Positions 1 to 8,548 of a stretch of DNA of 32,000 bases are shown in pieces. This stretch comes from Halalkalibacterium halodurans (GTDB taxonomy: Bacteria; Bacillota; Bacilli; Bacillales; Bacillaceae_D), in the NCBI RefSeq assembly GCF_004376175.1, contig NZ_SNUY01000039.1:1-32000 (forward strand), given 5' to 3'. The notes beneath the pieces were generated by a model. That model ran no database searches, had not been told where the DNA came from, and saw only the letters and a list, made by a program, of their open reading frames with translations. Every line of letters begins with the position of its first letter. Within the stretch, counting starts at the first letter, position 1. The position numbers and the translations under genes are program-made.

Positions 1-1151
1 TCTTTGAAAATCGAATCTTTGGCTTTGAAGCCCTCGTTGAGTGGGTAAAGCAACACCAAGAAAAACACAAGAAGAATCACGTCATTTTTGGCGTAGAACC
101 AACAGGACATTATTGGAAGAGTCTTGCTTACTATCTAACGGCAAAAGGTTACGACTTTGTCGTCGTGAACCCAATGCACGTTAAGAAAAGTAAAGAACTT
201 GATGACAATTCTCCAACGAAAAACGATACGAAAGACGCAAAAGTGATCGCCCAGTTAATCAAAGATGGGCGATACTCTGTACCAAACCTCTTAGATGGCA
301 TATATGCGGAACTAAGAGAATGCGTAAAAATTCGAGATCAGCTTACTGAACAATTAATGATCACAGAAGGTCGCATTCAAAATGTGATTCAACGCTACTT
401 TCCAGAGTTTTTCGATGTGTTTGGAGATTGGGAAGGCAAAGCCGCTCTCTGTACCCTAAAGCTGTTTCCGTTCCCCTCTGATATTCATAAAAAGACACCA
501 GAGAGGGTTCTTCAAGAATGGAAACCGTATGTCCAACGAGGAGTTGGCATTAAGCGCGCAACGAAGCTTGTAGAAACAGCCAAAAAGAGCATTGGAATTG
601 AAGTAGGCTTGAAATTTGCCAAGTGTGAACTGAAGAATCTTATTGAGCAGTATGAGCTTTTTAAGCGGCAATTAGAAGAGTTGGATCAGGAATTAGAAGC
701 CATCGTTGAAACATTACCTGGTGCCCAACAAATGATGAAAATTCCAGGCTTAGGGGCGGTGACTGTTGGATTATTCTTTGCGGAAGTTGGGGACATTTCA
801 AAGTACTCTCATCCTCAACAATTAGTGAACTTAGCAGGGCTATCATTACGTGAGCACAGTTCAGGTAAATTTAAAGGGCAAACAAGGATTACAAAGCGAG
901 GAAGGAAACGATTACGCCGAGCCTTATATTTAGCGATTCGTCCCCTTGTCGCCCATAATTCAACATTTAAAGCCCTGCATCACTATTACACCAAACGCCC
1001 TGAACGCCCTTTGAAAAAGCAACAATCTTTGATTGCCTTGTGTTGTAAGTTACTACGTGTGTTGTTTGTCATTGGTCAAAAACAGTGTGAATTTGATGGT
1101 TCAAGATTAATAAAAGATATTCCTCAAATGGATGGATTACAGGCAGTGTAA
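1..1151 (+). CDS. IS110-family (DEDD/RuvC-like) transposase, 5' end cut by window edge
   Basis: The track ORF is 165..1151, but the same frame stays open back to base 3. There it reads FENRIFGFEALVEWVKQHQEKHKKNHVIFGVEPTGHYWKSLAYYLTAKGYDFVVVNPMHVK, the N-terminal 'GvEpTGhYw' segment typical of IS110 transposases. The C-terminal half has the Transposase_20-like region (IPGLGAVTVGLFFAEVGDISKY...ITKRGRKRLRRALY). Stop is TAA at 1149-1151. Confidence 0.9.
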   Translation, partial: FENRIFGFEALVEWVKQHQEKHKKNHVIFGVEPTGHYWKSLAYYLTAKGYDFVVVNPMHVKKSKELDDNSPTKNDTKDAKVIAQLIKDGRYSVPNLLDGIYAELRECVKIRDQLTEQLMITEGRIQNVIQRYFPEFFDVFGDWEGKAALCTLKLFPFPSDIHKKTPERVLQEWKPYVQRGVGIKRATKLVETAKKSIGIEVGLKFAKCELKNLIEQYELFKRQLEELDQELEAIVETLPGAQQMMKIPGLGAVTVGLFFAEVGDISKYSHPQQLVNLAGLSLREHSSGKFKGQTRITKRGRKRLRRALYLAIRPLVAHNSTFKALHHYYTKRPERPLKKQQSLIALCCKLLRVLFVIGQKQCEFDGSRLIKDIPQMDGLQAV

Positions 1152-1591
1152 CCTTAGAAAGCAGATCACCCAAAGTGGCTTGACACGGAGCCTCTGCGGG
1201 CATGGCTCCTTGGCGAAGCGGCGAGTCATCCAATGATTCGCCCATGGCTAAGGAAGCCTACCATGCCCGCCACTCCATGTAAAGCCGTGCATCATCTGTA
1301 TACTTACAAATAACAAACACCAATAGTGCAGAGTCGGAGTTTATTTTCACCATACGGGCTTATGACCCAGCAAAGGAGCTTATCCGACCTCCACCTCATG
1401 GATACGCAGGACGAAGGAAGGTATGGATACCAATCCGGAGAGACATGGGAGGGTTAGCGACCGTGAGTAGCGTGGAGATTTATAGGCACGGTCATACTAC
1501 TCAATTACCAAACTATACCAGTTTGGACGTTAGGATGGATTATCCCCTGTAAGAAATTTTAATTCGTTCTACTTCTATCCAGTAGTACTGG
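1152..1591 (+). ncRNA. Candidate structured non-coding RNA in the IS110-family 3' end (possible bridge/seek guide RNA)
   Basis: No ORF of 60 aa or more. Helices verified by eye:
- 1196-1205 GCGGGCATGG pairs with 1261-1270 CCATGCCCGC.
- Nested inside, 1220-1229 GGCGAGTCAT pairs with 1233-1242 ATGATTCGCC (one G-U, 3-nt loop).
- 1459-1465 GACCGTG pairs with 1487-1493 CACGGTC.
- 1508-1513 CCAAAC pairs with 1521-1526 GTTTGG.
The function is inferred from published IS110/IS1111 biology, not demonstrated here. Confidence 0.3.
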
Positions 1592-1677
1592 TGAGATTAC
1601 TATTTGGTGTTAGTGAAATTTGGAGAATACACGAGTATTAGCGAGAAAATTAAACTTTATTGAGGGAGGTGAGTAGA

Positions 1678-2451
1678 ATGACAGATACCTATAATGAACT
1701 ACAACAAAAGTGCAGAACTCTTAGATTAGCAGAAACAGCAAAGGAACTCCCCAATATGCTTAGAGAGGCTGAATCCAAGGGATGGACTTACTATGAATTC
1801 ATAGATCAGCTACTTGGATATGAATTAGCTTGTCGTGAAGAAAAGAATCGGAACAAGTTAATGAAATGGGCAGAATTTCCACAGCCATTAACACTAGAAC
1901 AATTTAATTTGGAAGAGCAATCAGCAATTGGTGAAAAACAATTAAATGTATTAAAAGAACTATCCTGGATAGAGGAAAATTTCACATTAATTATGATGGG
2001 GCCACCTGGGGTTGGCAAAACGCATTTATCAAGTGGATTAGGAATCCATGCGGTAAACCATGGGTATCAGGTTTCTTTTGTATCCATGGATCACTTAATC
2101 TATATATTAAAAACAAAAGAGTATATTAGTAAATCAAGAACAAGATACAAACGGATAACTGGATCGGAGCTAATTATCATTGACGACATCATGTATATGG
2201 CATATGAAGCACAGGATGCCCAACTGTACTTTCAATTTATATACGATATGTATGACAAGACAGCATTCATCTTAACGTCAAATAAGGGACCGAATGAATG
2301 GGGCAAATTTCTAGGAGATACAACATTAACAACGGCGATCTTAGATCGCCTCCTTCATAGAAGTGAGATCATAATATTCGATGAAGACCAGGATAGCATT
2401 AGAATGAAATACAGAAGAGCTTTATTTGAAGAAGCAGGTGTTGAATCTTAA
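1678..2451 (+). CDS. istB: IS21-family helper ATPase IstB
   Basis: Walker A is GPPGVGKTH and Walker B is LIIIDDI. The length and the C-terminal LDRLLHRSEII motif are typical of IstB. The track start is TTG 1660; ATG 1678 is preferred because GGGAGGTGA (1664-1672) lies 5 nt upstream. Confidence 0.9.
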   Translation: MTDTYNELQQKCRTLRLAETAKELPNMLREAESKGWTYYEFIDQLLGYELACREEKNRNKLMKWAEFPQPLTLEQFNLEEQSAIGEKQLNVLKELSWIEENFTLIMMGPPGVGKTHLSSGLGIHAVNHGYQVSFVSMDHLIYILKTKEYISKSRTRYKRITGSELIIIDDIMYMAYEAQDAQLYFQFIYDMYDKTAFILTSNKGPNEWGKFLGDTTLTTAILDRLLHRSEIIIFDEDQDSIRMKYRRALFEEAGVES

Positions 2452-2494
2452 TTGCGGAAAACTGTTGAACCTTATTTTGTGAAAACTGTTTAAT
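2452..2494 (+). repeat. Direct repeats in the IS21-like right end (candidate IstA binding sites)
   Basis: TTGCGGAAAACTGTTGAAC (2452-2470) and TTGTGAAAACTGTTTAAT (2477-2494) share the pattern TTG.G..AAAACTGTT.AA. IS21-family ends are known to carry multiple terminal repeats. Confidence 0.45.
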
Positions 2495-2736
2495 TATACT
2501 TGACGGTTACAAAACTTTTCCCTCACACGACTAACAAACTCGATTAGTTGATTAAATACAGCATGATTGGAACTTTTTTCGTCCATTTTGTTAACCAGTT
2601 TTCCTGCTACTATTTCTTTCATTCCGTTTATTATTTCTTTATGAATCGGTTGGTGCTTCAGCGAAAAATACCGGTATGCAAAATACACTGTTGTGCCCAA
2701 TAAGATCACAATAAGAGCAACCATTATAGCTTCCAT
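2494..2736 (-). CDS. Small hypothetical membrane protein (one N-terminal TM helix)
   Basis: Track ORF 2494..2745 has a TTG start. ATG 2736 is preferred (MEAIMVALIVILLGTTVYFAYRYF...) with AGGGGA upstream. The last ~5 codons read into the putative IS21 end, so the C-terminus may not be native. Confidence 0.4.
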   Translation of the reverse strand: MEAIMVALIVILLGTTVYFAYRYFSLKHQPIHKEIINGMKEIVAGKLVNKMDEKSSNHAVFNQLIEFVSRVREKFCNRQV

Positions 2737-2791
2737 GATAAACAAATCCCCTACTTTTTTTATTTATTGTGTAGAATCGATGATGAACACT

Positions 2792-3520
2792 TTAAAGCTC
2801 TTTGATTAAAATATAGGTTCCATCTGCTATATCTGAAGGAATATCTTTTAACCTAGCATTCTCTTCGTATTTATGTACAATCTCATTTCCTTCTACATCT
2901 TTATACTTCTTCATATTGTGATATTTCTCCATCACACGGATCGACTTTGCGTTTGTCGCTTCAGCTAAAATCGCCTTTAACCCTTGCGAAGATGCCTTTG
3001 TTATCAATTTATTCCCTAATTGTTGAATAATGTCGTGACGGTTATATTCAGCTGTCACCCCTAACATGAACAAATGCAATAACTCTCCATCTTCAAGCTC
3101 TTTTCCGTTTCGTTCTTTAAAGTCTTCCATGAAACGTTTATCCACATCTTCTAAAACTTGTAGAATCACATTCATATCATAAAATGAACCTTCAAATACA
3201 TCTTCTCCGATAATCTCTGGCGCATTGGTATCGCCAGCAAGCACACCAACAACATGATGATCATGATCTAAAGCGACTGCGCAATATCCCTGCTCTACGG
3301 TGGAATCTAAATAATCTTTTGTGAACTGATAGAAGTCGTCATAACGTAGATTTAATTGACCTACCATCGGTTCCTGCACCCATTTTTCTGAGACATCCAC
3401 CCCGATAAATGAACGGGCTAGACAATCTGCGGCCTGCTCAATTAACGCAGTCTGTTCCTTCGTAATTATTTTATATGTGTATAACACTTCTGTTTTTTGC
3501 ACGTATTGACTTCCTTTCAA
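2792..3520 (-). CDS. Hypothetical protein, possible GNAT-fold acyltransferase
   Basis: 242 aa. A beta-strand plus helix segment (LHLFMLGVTAEYNRHDIIQQLGNKLI) loosely resembles the GNAT acyl-CoA binding motif, but the glycine signature is poor. Low-GC gene. Confidence 0.35.
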   Translation of the reverse strand: MKGSQYVQKTEVLYTYKIITKEQTALIEQAADCLARSFIGVDVSEKWVQEPMVGQLNLRYDDFYQFTKDYLDSTVEQGYCAVALDHDHHVVGVLAGDTNAPEIIGEDVFEGSFYDMNVILQVLEDVDKRFMEDFKERNGKELEDGELLHLFMLGVTAEYNRHDIIQQLGNKLITKASSQGLKAILAEATNAKSIRVMEKYHNMKKYKDVEGNEIVHKYEENARLKDIPSDIADGTYILIKEL

Positions 3521-3553
3521 ATCATAATCTAATCATTCCCCATGACGCAGCTT

Positions 3554-3922
3554 TTACATCGAATGGGCGATACGATCGACAAATTTGCCAGGGAACTCGA
3601 TTCTTTCAAGAGCATTTCTGATTTGAACTTGAGCAATTTTTGATGAAGGTTTGACTACGATGATATCCTTAAAACCTAAACTAGAATAAAATTGCATCGT
3701 TTGTCCTAACTGGGGTACAACTTTTGATGGGACTGGTGTTTGGTAAGTAGCGTCAACAACGAACGTATACTCTTGTTTTGGCACTTTATGAATGGTGTCC
3801 TGCAAATCTTTCATATAACCTTCTACATCTTCCTCTCTCATTAAACCGTGCACCTGTACATGTATTTCCTTTGCGGTTTCATTAATCCCCATTTTATATT
3901 TTCGTTTATCTACTACGATCAT
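3554..3922 (-). CDS. Hypothetical protein (122 aa), function unknown
   Basis: ATG 3922 is preceded by AAAGGAG with an 8-nt spacing. It is the first gene of an apparent three-gene minus-strand cassette (3922 down to 2494). No motif was recognised. Confidence 0.5.
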   Translation of the reverse strand: MIVVDKRKYKMGINETAKEIHVQVHGLMREEDVEGYMKDLQDTIHKVPKQEYTFVVDATYQTPVPSKVVPQLGQTMQFYSSLGFKDIIVVKPSSKIAQVQIRNALERIEFPGKFVDRIAHSM

Positions 3923-3980
3923 CTCTCCATCTCCTTTTTCTTATCGTTTGCGATACTCATCATATTCCACCGAAGCCTAA

Positions 3981-4018
3981 TAAATAAAAAGCTACCTCAG
4001 ACGTGAATGAGGATAGCT
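3981..4018 (-). terminator. Rho-independent terminator (minus strand)
   Basis: The minus strand reads AGCTATCCTCA-TTCACGTC-TGAGGTAGCT followed by TTTTTATTTATT. The stem is 10 bp with one bulge. It lies upstream of the 122-aa gene, so it ends a transcript coming from the gene-poor region. Confidence 0.6.
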
Positions 4019-4181
4019 AATTAAACATTTGTGATCCTTTTTGACAACTCGACTATCCCTATTCAGAAGGATTTCAGACTCGCAGCTTTGCGTCTTTCCA
4101 TTTCAATCACTCGCCTTTTTCAAGGCATAAAACCAGGACTAATATCATAATCATAACTTTACCAATACTAGTATAAAATAC

Positions 4182-4210
4182 TTATTATTCCTTGTCTACT
4201 CTGGTATAAT
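4182..4210 (+). promoter_or_regulatory. Candidate sigma-A promoter with extended -10
   Basis: TGGTATAAT, with TG at 4202-4203 and TATAAT at 4205-4210. The -35 is weak (TTATTA, 4182-4187) at 17-bp spacing. It points toward the immunity-like pseudogene. Confidence 0.3.
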
Positions 4211-4420
4211 TTTCGTAATTATTAGATATATTAAATCAGGCCATTTATTATAATTTAGACAATCCTAGTATGATAATGAGATGACAAAAGGAGCCTCCCA
4301 CAAATTAGGATTTACGAAAATGGGAGGTACTTCACCTTTAAAAGATGTCGAAGCTGAAACAAATTACTTCTTGCTGAAGAGGAGCTTCAAGATTATTTCT
4401 AGCCTATATAGAAGGTAAAG

Positions 4421-4676
4421 ATGACCAGTAAAGAAAAAAATCGAGCTTGTAGAAAATATAATGGATGCTGAAGGTACAGAGGAAGAAATCGATCGATTTA
4501 TCGATGCTTTGGAGGAAGAACACCCCTGATCCAAACATTATTTGAAGTTTGTTTTGGCTCGGGATGATGGCATCTACAGTTGCAGCAAGTACTTGAAACC
4601 AAGATTAAAAAAAGCCGAGATTGAAAAGAAATATCACTCCCTACTCTTTTCGTCATACCCATACACCCCTACTTAA
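4421..4676 (+). pseudogene. Decayed colicin/pyocin DNase-type immunity protein (Im-family-like) gene
   Basis: ATG 4421 lies after GAAGG. Removing one A from the A7 run (4434-4440) gives MTSKEKIELVENIMDAEGTEEEIDRFIDALEEEHP. An in-frame TGA follows (4527-4529), then SKHYLKFVLARDDGIYSCSKYLKPRL... The pattern matches Im proteins as I recall them (..F.xLVxxIxxAexxeEEidxlvxxFEexxxHPxgSDLIfyP..ddSpegIv..vk.w). This is recognition from memory, not an alignment. Confidence 0.45.
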
Positions 4677-4802
4677 TGAGGCTATTGTAGGTATTAAAGA
4701 GATCCAGTAGCATTTTTGGTTATAGTGACATTAATACCAACATGAACATTCACGAAGAAAAAGACAAGTTAACAATTAAAATAAAAACATTCTTCTCTAC
4801 CA

Positions 4803-4841
4803 CTCATAAACAAACCCCCGCCTAAAATAGACGAGGGTTTT
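4803..4841 (-). terminator. Rho-independent terminator downstream of groEL
   Basis: The minus strand reads AAACCCUCGUC-UAUUUUA-GGCGGGGGUUU followed by GUUUAUG. The two non-Watson-Crick positions are G-U on the minus transcript but C-A mismatches on the plus transcript, so it is better formed on the minus strand. Confidence 0.6.
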
Positions 4842-4934
4842 CTCATTTTTCATATAGTTGCGAGGACAAATGCGCGGATAGTTCTAAGCGTTAATAGCTG
4901 AAACTATTGATGTAATAGGGCTTTTTAAGCCTAA

Positions 4935-6596
<1,662 letters not shown>

Positions 6597-6661
6597 TTAC
6601 AAAAGAGGAATAAACAAAAACCTCTCATCTTACATGTATGTAGGGATAACCCTACGTAAAA

Positions 6662-6946
6662 TTAACCGATAATCGCGAGAATATCGCTTTCACGAAGGAT
6701 TAAATACTCTTTACCATCATATTTTACTTCCGTACCTGCGTACTTAGAGAAGATGACAGAATCGCCTTCTTTCACTTCCAACGCGATTTTCTCACCATTT
6801 TCCGTGACACGACCCGTACCAACAGCAACGACACGTCCTTCTTGTGGCTTTTCTTTCGCCGTATCAGGAAGCACGATACCGCTCGCCGTTTTTTCTTCAG
6901 TTTCTACTTGCTCAATCACAACACGATCACCTAATGGCTTTAACAA
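6662..6946 (-). CDS. groES: Co-chaperonin GroES (Hsp10)
   Basis: The track start GTG 6955 abuts the SD. TTG 6946, 9 nt after GGAGG (6960-6956), gives [12 protein letters not shown]..., the canonical GroES N-terminus. Confidence 0.96.
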   Translation of the reverse strand: MLKPLGDRVVIEQVETEEKTASGIVLPDTAKEKPQEGRVVAVGTGRVTENGEKIALEVKEGDSVIFSKYAGTEVKYDGKEYLILRESDILAIIG

Positions 6947-6985
6947 GGAAAACACCCTCCTTTAGAGCTTATAAGATTTTCCTTG

Positions 6986-7012
6986 TTAGCACTCTCTTCA
7001 AACGAGTGCTAA
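6986..7012. promoter_or_regulatory. CIRCE operator (HrcA binding site)
   Basis: TTAGCACTC (6986-6994) - N9 - GAGTGCTAA (7004-7012). This is a perfect match to the CIRCE inverted-repeat consensus, placed between the promoter and groES. Confidence 0.95.
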
Positions 7013-7022
7013 CACAGTTACA

Positions 7023-7051
7023 ATGATAATCAGAACCTGCTTATTTTGCAA
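7023..7051 (-). promoter_or_regulatory. Sigma-A promoter of groESL
   Basis: On the minus strand: TTGCAA (7051-7046), a 17-nt spacer, then TATCAT (7028-7023). It lies immediately upstream of CIRCE. Confidence 0.7.
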
Positions 7052-7198
7052 GCCCTTCACAAATTTTTTTACAAAAAATTTTCGAATGACATCGGTTTGG
7101 CATAAAGGAAAAAATTGCTTGAAACCTCTTCTAGTATATCCTCGTATTTTTTGGATATACACCCTAACTATAATTCTTCATCCCATCTGGCATTCCTT

Positions 7199-7227
7199 CT
7201 GCTTTTTCCGAATAACTATGTTAAAAT
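7199..7227 (+). promoter_or_regulatory. Candidate extended -10 promoter for the CPBP protease gene
   Basis: TGTTAAAAT, with TG at 7219-7220 and TAAAAT at 7222-7227. The -35 is poor. Confidence 0.3.
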
Positions 7228-7265
7228 ATAGTGATGTATAGCCTTATGATAAAGGAGATCTCAAC

Positions 7266-7979
7266 TTGAATAAACGATATTGGTTGGTCATACTTACATA
7301 TGGATTAACTCAAGTTTCCGCCTTTATAGGAGTTCCTCTGCTATTAATACTAGGGTTCCAACAAGAGCAAATTCCAGGCATTTGGAGCTTTATTTCGTTC
7401 CCGATCGGATTGGCGATTATTCTCTGGCTTTTGCGACCAGATTTCCGAAATCGTCACATGATTCGCAACCGTTCCTCACGGGGGGAGGCAGTCGCTTGGT
7501 CGATTCTTGGTGTTATATTGGTGTTTGTCGCCCAAGCAATCGCAGCTTATATTGAAATGACTGTATTTGGGATTGAGCCTGGATCGGAAAATACGGAGAT
7601 GATCGTTGAAGTCACTAGAGCCTTCCCTGCATTCATCATCGTCACGTCCATTATTGGCCCAATTTTAGAGGAAATTGTTTTCCGAATGATTATTTTCGGC
7701 GCCTTGTATAAACGATTTAATTTTTGGATTGCCGCGCTTTTAAGCTCGTTCATTTTCGCCGCCGTCCATCTCGACTTCACCCATTTACTCGTCTATACAG
7801 CCGCTGGCTTTGCATTTGCCTTCCTCTACGTAAAAACGAAACGGATTCTCGTTCCAATTGTTGCCCATGTGGCCATTAACGTCTATGTCGTGCTCGTCAA
7901 CCTCATTTTTTATGACAAAATTATGGATCTACAAAGACAGCTAGAAGAACTACAAATGTTTATTGGAGGGTTGTTATGA
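7266..7979 (+). CDS. CPBP-family intramembrane glutamic endopeptidase (CAAX protease/Abi family; YdiL-like)
   Basis: Polytopic membrane protein with the family motifs EEIVFR (EExxxR), FAAVH (FxxxH) and a distal H (AHVAIN). TTG start lies after AAAGGAG. Its position next to groES matches B. subtilis ydiL. Confidence 0.85.
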   Translation: MNKRYWLVILTYGLTQVSAFIGVPLLLILGFQQEQIPGIWSFISFPIGLAIILWLLRPDFRNRHMIRNRSSRGEAVAWSILGVILVFVAQAIAAYIEMTVFGIEPGSENTEMIVEVTRAFPAFIIVTSIIGPILEEIVFRMIIFGALYKRFNFWIAALLSSFIFAAVHLDFTHLLVYTAAGFAFAFLYVKTKRILVPIVAHVAINVYVVLVNLIFYDKIMDLQRQLEELQMFIGGLL

Positions 7980-8173
7980 AGATCAGTCCTACCTTTTTAA
8001 CCCTCCTGTATTTTACGATGGCAGGGTTAGTCACCTTTTTTGCGATTCACGTCGTGAATGAAAATGGCTGGAATTTATGGGCGTGGATCATGATTGCCAT
8101 GGCTGCCTATAATGTAATTATCGCCATTCGCTTCTACCAGCTTGGAAAACAACTGAAAAAAAGAGACCGGTAA
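7976..8173 (+). CDS. Small two-TM membrane protein (YdiK-like by position)
   Basis: 65 aa with an ATGA stop/start overlap with the upstream CPBP gene. It has two hydrophobic helices and a basic tail. Confidence 0.6.
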   Translation: MKISPTFLTLLYFTMAGLVTFFAIHVVNENGWNLWAWIMIAMAAYNVIIAIRFYQLGKQLKKRDR

Positions 8174-8190
8174 GCTTTTACCAAACGAAA

Positions 8191-8220
8191 AAGGGGGGAT
8201 TCTCAGCCCCCCCCTTTTTA
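8191..8220. terminator. Bidirectional rho-independent terminator
   Basis: AAGGGGGG-ATTCTCAG-CCCCCCCC-TTTTT. There is an A/T run on both sides. It serves the plus-strand small gene and the minus-strand csoR, and overlaps the csoR stop. Confidence 0.8.
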
Positions 8221-8520
8221 TATTTTTGAAAAACGTTCAAACACATCCATTAACTCGGCGATTGCTTCTTCGCTCTTCCCTTTTTCCACTGCATCAACCA
8301 CGCAATGACTCGTATGACGCTCCAACAAGTTGAGGCTGACCTTCTTTAGCGCCGCATCGATCGCCGACAATTGGACGAGAATATCAATACAGTATCGATC
8401 GTCATCGATCATTTTTTGGATTCCGCGCACTTGCCCTTCAATACGCTTCAACCGATTCATTAATTGTTCTTTTTCCTTTTCATCTCGTGGATGTGATGGG
8501 CTTTTGTGTTCATGCGCCAT
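8218..8520 (-). CDS. csoR: Copper-sensing transcriptional repressor CsoR
   Basis: MAHEHKSPSHPRDEKEKEQLMNRLKRIEGQVRGIQKMIDDDRYCIDILVQLSAIDAALKKV...HC is the CsoR/RcnR fold with the C-H-C ligand pattern. ATG 8520 follows GAGGGGGG. The 21-codon extension in the track overlaps the copA 3' end and is rejected. Confidence 0.9.
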   Translation of the reverse strand: MAHEHKSPSHPRDEKEKEQLMNRLKRIEGQVRGIQKMIDDDRYCIDILVQLSAIDAALKKVSLNLLERHTSHCVVDAVEKGKSEEAIAELMDVFERFSKI

Positions 8521-8548
8521 CTTAGCACCCCCCTCTAACCTTTCAATA

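Larger units (their letters stand above)
1..1591 (+). mobile_element. IS110-family insertion sequence (partial; right boundary approximate)
   Basis: Transposase plus a ~440 nt ORF-free downstream tail. The right limit is placed at the palindrome CCAGTA-G-TACTGG (1579-1591), just before a short open frame that looks like an istA tail. The family has no classical terminal inverted repeats, so the boundary cannot be fixed from one copy. Confidence 0.45.
1592..2511 (+). mobile_element. IS21-family element remnant (istA tail + istB + right end); istA body missing
   Basis: A short open frame 1592-1663 (DYYLVLVKFGEYTSISEKIKLY*) ends with TGA inside the istB ribosome-binding region, the usual istA-istB junction geometry. 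No istA-sized ORF lies upstream. The right end is guessed at ...GGTTACA (2511), giving a TGT... terminus on the complement as in IS21-family inverted repeats. Confidence 0.45.

Noticed and set aside
1320-1500. Possibility that the IS110 tail is a group II intron 3' fragment (domain V/VI) or a retron msr/msd.
   Set aside because: On either strand I could not find the domain V consensus helix (AGCCGTAT...GNRA...ATACGGTT). No reverse transcriptase ORF is nearby.
7023-7241. 72-aa plus-strand ORF upstream of the CPBP protease gene.
   Set aside because: It overlaps the groESL promoter region, has no SD, and its odd composition comes from an AT-rich intergenic region.
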